DNA from: Callorhinchus milii
Taxonomy: Eukaryota
DNA length: 64,000 nt
Direction: 5' to 3'
Assembly: GCF_018977255.1 (NCBI RefSeq)
Contig: NW_024704742.1
Location: 89,716,001 to 89,780,000, forward strand
The notes below the pieces were generated by a model. It had not been told where the DNA came from, did no database searches, and worked only from the letters and a program-made list of their open reading frames with translations. Shown here piece after piece: positions 39,528 through 52,559 of the stretch; the first letter of the stretch is position 1; every line of letters starts with the position of its first letter. Position numbers and translations under genes: made by a program.

Positions 39528-40564
39528 AATTGGCAGGAATGACAGCACTTTGTTGTTTTGTAAAAGATATATCTCAAACAGAGCCTGGGTCTCTATCTCT
39601 CCCTGCAGAATGCTTTCTCTGCAACACATATTCGAGCAAAAAAATAAAAGTCTTCATCTGGAAATGACAAAAAAAACATTTCAGTGATAAATAGCACCAG
39701 TGTGTTATCACGACTGGAAATCTGCGCTCTGGGGTTATGAAGGAATGGAAGTGCCATTTAATGCTAAACAGGACTTGTTATTTAGGGCAGTCACAAAATT
39801 CTATTAAAAGGCAATGTCTGCCATGGGGATTTTCCTTTCATTCCACCTTCTTTGATTTAATATGTGAGCTGAAGATTTTTTTAAAACAAAAAGCAGATCT
39901 GTTTTACATTTTAGAGAGTTTGCAGCTTTTATTCCATTGTGTTTAAAATCCCAGATCTATTATAATGATGAGTCCACTTGGAGACATAATTAGTACTGAA
40001 GGGACAGTTTAATAAACAATGAGTACATCACAAATTGTAAAAGTGAACTCTATTTCCTTTGAATGGTCAATGAAAGGTGTTAAAGAACCCAAAGAGGATT
40101 GAGCAGCCCTTTAAAAATGGAAAGGTTTCTTTAATATTTTATTCTATTATCTGCAATGATTGCATTGGCAGTTTTAAAAAAAGTTATAAGGTACCAGCAA
40201 ATTGTAGAGGGAATTGGAAGGAAATGTAAGGCGCACAAGAATATAATATACAGTATTTAACTAAATACTACATGAATTGCAGGGTCAGCATTCATAATTC
40301 ATTTGGTTGTCATTCAGTTGACATGAAGCTAATCACAAAGTCTTCTTGATCAGATGGGTTTTCTGAAGGCAGTTACATAGACTACATAGATTGTTGAACA
40401 CTGAAACAAGCCATTTGGCCCAACTAGATGGTGCCTGTGTTTGTACTGCACATCTCCAAATCCCTCTCCCTAATGCATGCATCGAGTTTCTTCTTAAATG
40501 TCTTTTAAATTAGGTTCCCATCATTGAAATCTGCATATTTGGTTTCATCCATCAAAAAGTAAAG

Positions 40565-41180
40565 GTAAAGGGAAGAAATGATGCTTCAGCCGTATAGAGC
40601 ATTAGTCAGACCCCACCTGGAGTAATGCGTTCAGTTTTGGGCACCACACCACAGGAAAGATATATTGGCCTTGGAGGGGGTGCAGCGCAGGTTCACCAGA
40701 ATGTTTCTAGGCCAAAAAGGGTTAAGTTACGAGGAAAGACTGCGTAAACTTGGATTGTATTCCCTCGAGTTTAGAAGATTGAGGGGTGATTTGATAGAGG
40801 TTTTTAGGATGGTAAAGGTATTTGATAGGGTAGATGCAGAAAAGCTATTTCCTATGTTGGAAGAATGCAAAATAAGGGGACATAGTCTTAAAATTAGAAC
40901 CAGATCATTTAAGAGTGAAATTAGGAAGCATTTTTTCACTCAAAGGGTGGTAGAAATCTGGAATTCTCTCCCCCAAAAGGTCGTGGATGCTGGATCCATC
41001 CACACCTTCAAGAAAGAGATTGACAGATGTTTGGTAGGTCGGGGTATTAAAGGGTATCGGGGAGAAAGTGGGAAATTGGATTTGAAATTCTAGTAAAGAT
41101 AAAGATCAGCCATGATCTAATTAAAGGTGGAACAGGCTCGACAGGCTGAATGGCCTACTCCTGTTCCTATGTTCCTATGA
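40565..41180 (+). mobile_element. CR1 LINE 3' fragment
   Basis: ORF 40665-41093 (ALEGVQRRFTRM...LRGDLIEVF...HFFTQRVVEIWNSLP). Tail ctgttcctatgttcctatg. Confidence 0.95.
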
Positions 41181-44100
41181 AGATCAATCACCCCAATACA
41201 TTTTCTGCCATTTTTTTATTCCACATCCTAAAATTCTAAATAAATCTAATTTTATCCTTCACCTCCATTCTTGACACACTAAAAGTACACACAAGCAACC
41301 TGCCACAAACTATTGGAGGATACTCAAGAAGACTATTCCATCACCAATCCTCAACACCGTATCTTGCTGAGTGTCCCCAAAACAACACTTGCTTCTATAT
41401 AGCACCTTTCATATAGGCTGTTCCAGTATTATTCAATCAGGATCTGAGCATGTGAGAGACCTTGGCCACTCACTGATATTTCAGCACTCCATAGTTCAAA
41501 GGTGCATAATAAAATATGATTATCTTTGCATTTGATAAAGTACCTTATGGTATAGTTGAGACGCCCCAAAACGCTTCATAGGATTTATTACAACAACAAC
41601 TAGGATTTATATAGTGCCCTCCACGCCGGGTGGCGTCTCAGACCGCTTATAGCACTTATTACTATAATGTTTAGTGACTATTTGTAGAGAAATATCAACT
41701 GATTGTAAATATAAACTGTAAAGTGCTCTGAGGCGCTGTCCGGCGTGGAGGGCGGTATATAAATTGTCGTTGTTGATTACCAATTTTACTCATTTGATTT
41801 TGCATATTCCATTATTAAGAGAAGGATCTCTTTCTATCCTTCTCTTAATAAAGGGATTGATAGACAATCTCACCTGATGGTCAGTTGGCTAAGACATGAC
41901 CGGTAAGACATGGTTGAGTTCCCATTGAGAACTGAGACACTTTGCGACATCGTCCCAATGTGAAAGATATTATTTAAATGTGAATTGCATTGTGTAAACA
42001 TTGGGCACAAGATTTTTATTGAAGGAGAACTAACTTCATGACAAAGTGTTCGGCAAATATTTTCTTCCTGGTCTTTAGGAAGGAATTGCAGATAGGTTTG
42101 ACTCTCATTACATTGAAAATCACACACAAATAAGCTCATTGAGAGTTTCAACATGATTCAGGTCAGCATTCAGCAAGTTTGAAAACAAATACAATTTTTG
42201 TTTGCCAAACAGCTTTTCATCAACATGATGAAAGTTATCCAGATGTAGCGCTCAGAAAGGTAAATTATGTAAGCAAACAAAAAGGCTGGAACAATTAACA
42301 TATAGAGATGAAAAATGTGATGTGTTATGGAAAGCATTATTTAATCTTTTATGAACGATCCCAATTTTACAGTTATTTCTAATTTATTTTATTTCTAATT
42401 ATTATATTTCTGTTTCTTTTCTTCTCTCTCCTTCCCCCTCCTTCCCCCCACCCCCAAACTTTAGTTGAGTGCAAAGCTGATTTTGGGATTGTCACATTAC
42501 CCATTTATTTCGCCCACAAAACACACAGTCACTATACCTTATAGTATATCCTGTGAAGCACTTTGAGATGACATCCCAGATGCGCCTTCCATTCCAACAA
42601 TCTATCTCTGGAATTTCCATGTGTAGGTGGGATGCATGGAATTCTCAGTTTAGCTTGGATACTCTTAAGCTTGAAGATGGGTTTCCGCATGTGTCAGACA
42701 CCCAGCTGACTCCCTCTCAAAAATGTGAAAGGCCTTATATCAAATGCAAAGATTTATTACTATCTTGGTTTTCCACTAAGACTCCCCATTCTTTTTCCCA
42801 ACCCTGAAGCTGGCATTTCAGTCCTGCTTCGCAAGATACTGAGTGAGTTTAGACAATATCCCATTAAAAGACACTGAAAACCACACAGAGCTGTAGAAAA
42901 GCAAAACAATTACTTTTGGAGTAATTATTGTGCAAATGGCAGGGCTATGAACCCTTTCCCCAGATTTCTGCATCATGTGTGAACTCAAAGATTTCAACGC
43001 TTCCATTGTTATTCTCGATCACTAAGTTCCAGGCCTTCCTTAATCAACACTATCTTTACTCCAATCCAGTCCCTCTTATGAAGGAGTATTTAAGTGCCAT
43101 CCCAGATCTGAAACTAGAATGGGAGTCACGAGAGGCGGAAACCAAGATGCCAGCGATGAAAATTTGGGAACTGGTTTTGGCAAGCGGTTGTGGTAAAGTT
43201 GGGTAAAAGCCAGTGGCATCAACCCCTCCTTTTACAAATAGATGGAAAATTGTCATATTTCATAACAGAATCTGAAACCAATGTAGAGTGGAATCTGTTA
43301 TGAAACATTGCATTTATTATTCCATAGTTCTTTTTAATAAAAATAATAAAAAGAATCCTTGCATTTGGTATAGCACTTTATCACATTGGGAGGATGTCTC
43401 AAAACGCTTCACAAGATTTATTGCGAAATTAAGTGATTGTTTATTTGTAGGCAAATGTGGCAGCACAGTTGCTTACAGCATTGTTCCAGAAATAGCCAAG
43501 GAATGAGTGACCAATTTTATTTGGGAGATTTTTAGCTAGGATACTGGGAGAAAGTACCTTCTCTTTTTGAATAGAGCCATGGGATCTTTAACATCAACCT
43601 GAACATCTCATCAGAAGAACGGGGATTGTTTTTCATCAAAACAATGGTCAACTGAAGATGAAGTGATGAGGTTTATTTTAGTTTCTGGATACCAAAATGA
43701 TATTTCCTACCAGCCACATCAATAGGCTACCACCATATAATTGGTACTGGGGACAGATCAAAGTTTTCGGACTGAGCACAAAAATTTCTCCACAATTAAA
43801 CTGAATTTTTTTAGGACATAATCTGTTGATTCCCTCCCCTCCCTTTCCAACGTTGTAAAAGCTGACTTGGTTGTTACTTTTATGCATCTCAGTATTTTTT
43901 TTCTTTTTCCCATGAATCAGCCAAATAGGAATGTTACGGACATGGTTTCTCTCTCCTAGTTAAATCAGCAAAACCACAAGAGAGCATTGAATAAACAGTG
44001 ATATGGAAATAATATGGCTTCTGCTTTCTAATGGGAAAATGCTCACTGAAATATAAGATTTGTTAGTTGCACAAATATGAGAGAACCAGAGGGAAAGAGA

Positions 44101-44397
44101 CAAATACAATACAAATAATAAAAATAATCCTTGTTGGACAATAACACTAGGAACCCAGTTGTTAATTAATTGGCAGATGCTTTTTCGGGGATAATAATTC
44201 TTCAAAAAATAATAATAATAAGTTGGTCACTCAATCCACGACTGTTTGTGGGACATTGCTGTGCGCAATTGTTTTGCCCACAATATACAGTCAATTAATT
44301 TTACCGTGTATTCTGTGAAACGTGTTGTGACATCTCGAAGATGTGATAAAGCGCTATATCAAATACAAGGATTATTACCATTATTGTATTTGGTTTA

Positions 44398-44885
44398 CAA
44401 CAACAACAACTTGTATTTATATGGGGTAGCGTCCTGGAGTGCTTGACCGTGGCAGAGTCTGACAATGAGCCAGGGGGAAGAGTGATGCGGAGGTGACCGT
44501 AAGCACAATCAAAATGGAAGGTCTTTAGGTGGGATATAATGATGGGGAGGGAGAGTGAAAGGCGAAGGGATTGAGGCAGAGAGTTTCAGAGTTTTGGGCA
44601 TAGTGGCTGAAGGCACGGCCACCGACGGTGGAACGAAGGGCACAAGGGGCAAACAGGATGCTGGAGCCAGCCGAGCTGAGGCAGCGGGTAGTGGTAGGGA
44701 GGTGCAAGGGCATGAAGGGATTTGAAAACAAGTGAGAGGATGTTGAAATCAATCCATTTGGTGTTTGGGAGCCAGTGCGGCTTGGCTAGGACTGGCGTGA
44801 TGGGGGTACAGAGTTTTGTGTGCATGAGTATCCAGGCGGTGGAGTTTTTAATTAATTGGATTTTGTGTATGGTGGAACTGGGGGG
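44398..44885 (-). mobile_element. L2 LINE 3' fragment
   Basis: TPITPVLAKPHWLP...IDFNIL...GGRAFS; (CAA)n tail at the left end. Confidence 0.9.
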
Positions 44886-45637
44886 ATCAGTTTACATCAG
44901 GAAGACATCTCAAAACGCTTCACAAGAATGTATAGTATTGTAATGTGTAGTGACTGTATAATTTGTAGGTGAATGTGCCAGCCAATTTGCAATTAAAGGC
45001 AATTAAAAAGTTCCATAGGTAACTGATATACACAAATTGCAAAAGGTTCAGGTTTCAAGGATAAACCCCATCACAGCACATTCAAGAAGTTTGGGGTTAA
45101 AAAAGCTCCTGTGCATTTTCTTTCTGAATCACTGAAGCAAGAGTCATGCAATTTATTCTCTGATTGTGCTCCATCTCTTTTGAGCCTTCCAGAGAGGACG
45201 TTCTCAGTCAATGCATCGAGAGACTACAAATAAAGTCTGAACCATAAAGGAACTGACAGTGGCTCACTGCATCTTGCCAAGTGTGACTGTTTCTGGCCAA
45301 AACAACTACCCATACACTTAACTTTTCCATTGTTGAAGTTTACTGTCTCTTTCGCATCGATTTGCTTTACAAAATTACAAAATAGTAGGCATTTGTTTCT
45401 TGTTGAAGTGCTGACACATGGAAAACTAAAAGTTTGCTGTTTGGGACGGGTGTGAATTGGAAAAAAAGCAGACCGACTGCACATTTTATGTATGCATTCC
45501 CAGGTCATTCAGTTCATGGCTGTTTGTGGACATTAGTTCTAATTTTGGGGCCCTGAAACCTCTTAACCTTATCTCCAACAGAGGAGTTACAGAAATAGTG
45601 AATAATGCAGATGCAGAAGAATCAACAAAATGAATTC

Positions 45638-45925
45638 CAACAACAACAAAATTACATTTATATAGCGTCTTTCACATCAGGAGGACATCCCAAGGCGCTA
45701 CACAATCAGTGTTTCGGACCCAAGCTGGGGGTCGGGATCAGGGAGGGTGGAGAGCACGGGGGGAAGAAGGGTGATCAAAGGCACCGTCAAAGAGGAGGGT
45801 TAGACGGGTCTTGAATGAGGCAAGGAAGGGGGTGAGAAAGAGGGACTGCGGGACGGAGTTCCAGAGGGTGGGGATAGAGTGGATAAAGGTCCGCCCGCCA
45901 ATGGTGGGGCGAGCAAGGCGCAGAA
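45638..45925 (-). mobile_element. L2 3' end
   Basis: TIGGRTF...PTLWNSVP...ASFKTRL followed by an L2 tail. Confidence 0.85.
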
Positions 45926-46381
45926 AGTAGGCTGGAAACCGCTGAGCGCAGGGAGCGGGCAAGGAGAGCCTTAGAAAGAATGCACTCGATGAGCCAAATG
46001 ACAATTTTCTAATTGCAAGCTTTACATGCCACTTAAACGTGACGTGCATTGAAAATGCCAAAACTTAAAATTCCCATACCATAAAATCATTTTTAAAAAT
46101 TATGAGAAATCCAGAAGATTGACTGTCACAAAAGAATAAATAATTTCAATAGGAAGGGCAAGAGAAAGGCAGCACACAACAGGAAGGGCAATTGCTTTTG
46201 AAGAAGCAATTTCTTTCGTATTAGAATTACAGTTTCTACTCCAGCCTACATTGTGGCTGTGCAATCATTCCTTGGACAGGTTTCACCTCTTTTTGGAGAA
46301 ACAGAGCATAAATGGTATGATACTTCTCATGTCCTAGTTGTACTGCAATCCTAGCACAGATCTGTCAAATCTCCCGAAGCG

Positions 46382-46710
46382 AAGTGGCTGGAGCACTCAC
46401 CTCGCAAGCAAGAGGACCAGGTTCCATTCCCAGGCAGACAAAACATTAGGCAAGTTTCCTTACTCCAGATGCCTCTGATTACCTAGGAGTAAGTAGGAAC
46501 CTGGTTGTCAGTCAATTGGTGAATCTTTTTCCGGGGTAATAATCCCTCAAAAATAATGTGGTCACTCAATCCACAACTGGTTGCAGGACACTGCTGTGTG
46601 CAATTGGCTGCCGCATTTTGTAAAGTTAATACACTACACAACATATTTTGTGAAGTGTTTTGAGATGACGTGATAAGTCACTATATCAAATGTAAGGATT
46701 ATCATTATCT
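46382..46710 (+). mobile_element. tRNA-derived SINE
   Basis: Degenerate head (gagcactcacctcgcaagcaagag), core and tail. Confidence 0.8.
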
Positions 46711-47214
46711 CACATGGTTTCAGCTGCAACACTTTGATTGAAACCTGAACACATTGGAATCAAGCACATTTGGGGTACACCTTTGAAAAATTTTAATCTT
46801 CAGTACCTATTGGTTCAAGTGCAATCTCTTGAGTCGGTTTATAGGCCATAAGTTTACGACTCCGAGTAGCAATGGGCGTGCATATAAGCCATTGCACTTG
46901 CTCATAAGCCTGCACTATAGGGCTTTCAGTAATGGAAAAGGCTGCATCAGGCAATTGAATCAGTTAGTAGGCAAGATGTTCTCCTGACACCACCACTCAC
47001 CCCTTTCCTGAATTATTCGACTGCTGAAACAAAGGCTTTATTTATGGCAACTAGGTTAGCTTGGCTTGTATCATTGAGTTTAGTAGAATCATTGCTAACT
47101 TACAGTTGACAGGGAGGGAATTGGATGAGGCTGGGGGAAGGGGAAAAGAAGGCTGGAAATGAATTAATTGTCATAAATGCTCTGTTTTTTCATTTGCTGG
47201 GACTACTATTGGCA

Positions 47215-47562
47215 TTATCAACCTGTTCGCTCCCTCCACTCAGCAGGCTCTGGCCTGCTCCACGTCCCGCGGTTGGCTTACCCCATCATCAGTGGTCAGG
47301 CCTTCAGCCTCTCAGCCCCCACCCTTTGCAACTCCATCCCACATTCCCTTTGCCTTGCTCCCTCCCTTGCATCCTTCAGGACATGTCTCAAGACCCTCCT
47401 CTTTGACCGTGCCTTTGGCCACCCTCCCTACCCTCGCTGCTCTGCATCCGCTGATCCCAACTTCCCCCAGCTCAGTTCCAAATCCATGACCGTCCAGTGC
47501 CTTGGAACGTCCTCCTGAAGTGAAAGGAGCTTCACAAATGTAATTTTCTATTGTATTGTACA
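47215..47562 (+). mobile_element. L2 3' end
   Basis: YQPVRSLHSAGSGLLHVP...AFS...SFRTCLKTLLFDRAF; tail gtccagtgccttggaacgtcc. Confidence 0.9.
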
Positions 47563-48069
47563 TACCGCGAGTGCCAGTTGCAATAGTTATGCCCCACGAT
47601 CATTCGTGCAGATAAAACTGCACTACATTTTAAGAAAAAGATTTTATTTATTAAAAGGAGTACAGGCAAGAATCATTAAAAAAATGAAAACAATTGAAAA
47701 GGAATTTTAAAAAAGCAAGAAACAAGAAAGCTCATTTGACCCATCGCACCCAGTTTTCCACAATTCTTTTTTTTAAGCTTCCAAATTGAAAGTGAATTTA
47801 AATTTGTTTCAAATTTTAAACTATCTTAAATTTTAAGATAACGGTCTCAATGCTAAGCTATTGCAGTTTGGGGGACTTGTGAGACGTAGTGCCAAGGACT
47901 TTCTTTTTATGTAATAAATTAAACTGGAATCAAAAACGTTTCACAAAGGAACATGGGGGAAAAAATAGGTAGACAAACATAATGGTGTCCTTGTATATGT
48001 AACGTACGTGTTGAAGAAGCAATAAGGTCCAAAGGCTCTCAGTATTTCTTCCAGATTGTTCCAAACAAA

Positions 48070-48200
48070 GATGGGAATTTATTGTGTGTGTAAAAGTAAA
48101 TGAGGTACCATCACTTTAGGGCAACTACAGTCTGATGGGAATTTATTGTGTGTGTAAAAGTAAATGAGGACCATCACTTTAGGGCAACTACGGTCTGATG
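48070..48200. repeat. Tandem duplication, 64-bp unit x2
   Basis: 48070-48133 versus 48134-48196 differ by one indel and one substitution. Confidence 0.95.
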
Positions 48201-48871
48201 CTTAGAGACAATAATCTCACACTCACTTCAGTCACATTCCGCAAAACATTTTTGTTTCTATCTGTTTCCAGCTCCTTCAGGCTCACAGGTTCAGAGATGG
48301 AAAGACTATTAAAAACAAACACAAAGACAGAGTTGTTTTAAAGGCAATGGATGAAAGTGAATTCCTTTACTGAAACAGAATTATAAGAGTGTAAATATAC
48401 AAAAGTGCACACTCAATAAATGGACCAAAATTAACACCTTCAAGTTGAGGACCCATTATTATTAATCTTCCATTGTACAAATATAAATCTTACTGATTGA
48501 TTTTGTATTTAAGAGGAAACTTGATCCATACACGAGAGTGAAGGAAGTAGAGGTATATAGGAGAGAAGATTAGGAAGGGTGGAGTAAAAAGACTGGCATT
48601 GACTGGTTGGGCTGAATAGCCTGCTTTGTGCTGTAAGCATGTACCTATGTAATTTTGCTTTCAGTAGGGTGGCTGCCTGTATTGCATGAATCAATCCAGC
48701 TAATGCAAGCAAGCTGGAATGGCAGGTAGCCCTTCTGAGACATGAACTCACAGCCTTTCAGGTGGGACTCACACAGCCAGAACAATTACTTTACCACTTT
48801 ATCAAACACAAAAATTAATAACACTCCTTGCATTTGATCAGCAACTGGCTAGCCATGGCTCTGAAAATAAG

Positions 48872-50595
48872 ATACAATATAAAATTACATTTGTAAAGCG
48901 CCTTTCACGTCGGGAGGATGTCCCAAGGCCCTGGACAGTCAGGGATTACGACCCGAGTGGGTGGGGGGGATGGGCTTGGGATCAGGGAGGGTGGAGGGCA
49001 GAGAGGGTAGGAGGTTGGCCGAAAGCATGGTCAAAGAAAGGGTCTTGAGGCGTGCTTTGAAGGAGGCAAGAAAGGGAGCGAGGTGAAGGGAATGTGGAAT
49101 GGAGTTCCAGAGGGTGGAGCAGAGAGGCTGAAGGCCGAACCGCTGATGGTGGGGTGAGCCGGGCGGGGTACTTGGAGTAGGCTGGAGTCTGCTGAGTGGA
49201 GGTAGCGGACAGGTTGGTTAGCAGGTCGGAGAGGTAGGAGAGGGCAAGGACATGGAGGGCCTTGAAGGTGATGATGAGAATTTTGAACACTATCTTCTGA
49301 GGGATGGGAAGCCAGTGCAGCTGGGCGAGGATGGGTGTGCTGGGGTCAGGGAGCCTGGTGTGGGAGAGGACCAGAGCTGTAGAGTTCTGGATGATCTGCA
49401 GCTTGTGGAGGGAAGAGTTGGGAAGGCCAACAAGTAGAGCCTGGTTGTAATGAAGGCATGTATGAGGGTTTCAGCAGCCTTTGAGGTGAGGCAATCTTGG
49501 ACTCAGGCAATGTTGCGGAGGTGGGAGAAGGCAGAGTGGGTCATGGCACGAATGTGGGGGAGAAAGGACAGTTGAGGTTCGAACAAGATGCCTAGGTTCC
49601 TGACTGGCTTGGTGAGGTGGAGTATGCATCTGTGGATGCTGATGCTGCCAGTGCCTGAGGTGTGGAGGCGCTGGCGTGAACCAATCAGGAGGGCCTTGGT
49701 CTTGCTGACGTTCAACTGTAGAAAGTTGGCTCTCATTCAGGACTTCATCTCTGACAGGCAATCTATCAGGACATCAGAGGTGTCATCCGCATACATGTGG
49801 AAGTTGACCCCATGTCTGCAGATGATGTCACCAAGACAGAGCATGTACAGGTTGAAGAGACGACGACTGAGAGCAGAGGAACACTGCACAAAATGGGAGC
49901 TGGAGGAGAAGCCACTTGTGGAGACAAAGTGGAGCTAGTGTGAGAGATAGGATCTGAACCATTCAAGGACAGAACTTTGAAGGTTAAGTTGAGAGGAGAG
50001 GCAGTGGAGGAAGATAGAGGATCCACAGTGTCAAAGGTAACAGAGATGTTGAGGAGGACGAGGAGCCAGAGGAGCCCTGGTCACAGATGGACAGAACATC
50101 ATTTGTCACCTTGACCAGGGCTGTTTCCGTGCTGTGGGTGGTATGGAAACCCATTGGAAGGGTTCATGAAGGAAATGGCGGGAGAAGAAGGAGTGAAGCT
50201 GGGAAGCAACAACCTGTTGTAGGACCTTGGAGAGGAAAGAGAGATTGGAGATGGGGCGGTAGTTTGAGAGTAGAGATGGGTCCAGGAAGGGATTTTTAAG
50301 GATAGAAGTGACAACGGCGGTTTTTAATGGGATGCGAACAGGGAGAGGTTTATGATGTCTGGGAGTAGAGGGGCAAGGAAGTGGAGCTGAGAGGTAAGGA
50401 GAGGGGTAGGGATGGGGTCGAGGGAGCAGGTGGTGGGCTTCATGCAGGTTATAGTGGTGGTGAGAGAGGAGGGGGAGACAAGTTTGAAGGTGTGGAGGGA
50501 GGGATGGATACGGGCCAGAGTTTGAGAGAGAGATGGGGAGGAGTTGACAGTTGGGAGGGCACAGGGGGCTGAACAGATCCCCTCGATTTTGGTGT
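48872..50595 (-). mobile_element. L2 LINE, 5'-truncated RT to 3' end
   Basis: Minus-strand CSLDPIPT, ANFLQLNVSKTKALLIG, FKILIITFKALH. L2 tail at 48872-48935. Confidence 0.95.
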
Positions 50596-50829
50596 ATGAA
50601 AGATGAGCTTTAGGGGCAAATAGGCTGTCTTTATTGTTCAGCAGCATGTTACGTTTCGCCATGGGATTGCATGACCCACTGTATATCCCAGGAAACATGA
50701 AACAAATGAATCATCAGCAGGGAATCATCATCTGAACATCAACTCCATGACCTGATCATAGAAACACTGGTAAGGGTGGATAGGGGTATGGGTGTTGAGG
50801 ACGGTCAGGCCCACTAGTAGGGCAGTCAG

Positions 50830-51310
50830 TAAGTGGGGACATAGATTTAAGATAGCAACAGGAAGAGCAAAAGGAAAGCTTAGGTTTTTTTTAAACTTAG
50901 GGAGTTGTTGGAATATGGAATAACCTGCAAATACAGGCAGTGTCTATTGTGGGTTTCAAAGGGGATGTAGATAGCTATATGAAAGATAGTCCAAGGATCC
51001 CTCCCTGGACCCATCTCTACTCTCAAACTACCGCCCCATCTCCAATCTCTCTTTCCTCTCCAAGGTCCTGGAACAGGTTGTTGCTTCCCAGCTTCACTCC
51101 TTCCTCTCCCGCCATTCCCTTCATGAACCCTTCCAATGGGTTTCCGTACCACCCACAGCACGGAAACAGCCCTGGTCAAGGTGACAAATGATGCCCATGA
51201 CTTTGGGGATACAGCATGGCAGTGAGATTGAAAGTGCAGTTCATTCAAGAGCCAGTGCAAACTCAATGGGTTGAATGGCCTCCTTCTGTGCCGTACATTT
51301 CTATGATTTT
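50830..51310 (+). mobile_element. CR1 3' end interrupted by an L2-derived insert (50996-51193)
   Basis: gggacatagatttaag...gttgttggaatatggaataacctg on the left; tail gggttgaatggcctccttctgtgccgtac on the right. Confidence 0.75.
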
Positions 51311-52559
51311 AGGAAAGGAAGGCAGATATTCAGCACATGTCCCATCTGTTTATTAGATCTTTTACCCCTGTCTCTTCCCCAGACCTCAAACCTAGCAAAA
51401 CCTGTGAGAAACTTGTCCATGTTTGAAATACCCCCACCATCCCCTCACTGAACAAATCGGGTGCACGGTTTATCTGATGATTTGGTATTTGCAGACTGAT
51501 TTCAGCCAGACTAGTGAATGCAGTTCCTTTGGCATGTAAGCCTCAAAAAAGCTGCACAGTGAATAATGATACGAATACATAAACATTGTATAACGTACAG
51601 TGCAGCAGAGAAATCTTATAGCAGAGGAACTATAGAAATGGTCAACGGAAACTATTTTTCAACATTAACCAGAACTATATCAATATTAACGTTAATNAAA
51701 AAAACTCCAGATAATGAAGAAATAACAAAGAATTACATAAAAAGCAGCAGTCCAAATCCATGACCAAATTCATTAGGAGTGCAGAATACAAAGTGCACCT
51801 TAAGCACCTTGAATTGGTCTGGTTTTACAAAGTCAGCAATCTATAGTTTGCATGAAATGTAAGGACTCAATTTCCAGTCTCTGAACAAGACTGTGGGAAT
51901 GTTCCAACCTAATTTACTTCCCTTAAGAGTTTTCTTCACATTAAAGCACCATTTTCTAAATGCACCTAATATCGCTAATGTCAGATGCCAAGCTTTTAAG
52001 ATTACAACTGCAGTGTTGTTCCTGATACAAACTCATGGCCATATCAAGCATTATGTACCAAACCTACAATAAAACAAAATTTATAGCATAAATTCAATAC
52101 GAACTGTTGGAAAAAGCCTACAAAGTAGGAAGTCCCCAGGTTTTCACGCTTAAAAATGCAGAATATTTTCAAAGACATTATTCACTTCTAACTGAAAATT
52201 CATTAGGCACAAGAAATTATAAATCTAGTGTGAAATGTTAAAATCTAATAAAATGTTGATTGCTTGATTGCAATAGTCGTGTTTTGGTGTTATTTGCATA
52301 TTTATCTTCATTGTTCTTAGCATTTAGTTATAATTTACTTCCTAAAATACACAGCCATTAAACTTTACAATAAATTCTGTGAAACATATTCAGAGGTTTT
52401 TTTTTGGTCATCTTAAGTATCTGATACATACGGAAACTCATCACCGGTCTTAAGAGTATCCAAACTAAGAATTCCATGCATCCCACCTGCACATGGAAAT
52501 TCTCATATATTGGAATGGAATATACCATGGCAGATGCCACTGGCTGTCCAACAGCAGCC

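Noticed and set aside
48070..48200. CRISPR-like array
   Set aside because: Only two adjacent units with no spacers, in a vertebrate context with no cas genes.
13598..51697. Isolated N bases (13598, 34602, 34612, 51697)
   Set aside because: All sit beside homopolymer runs, so they are sequencing ambiguities rather than biology.
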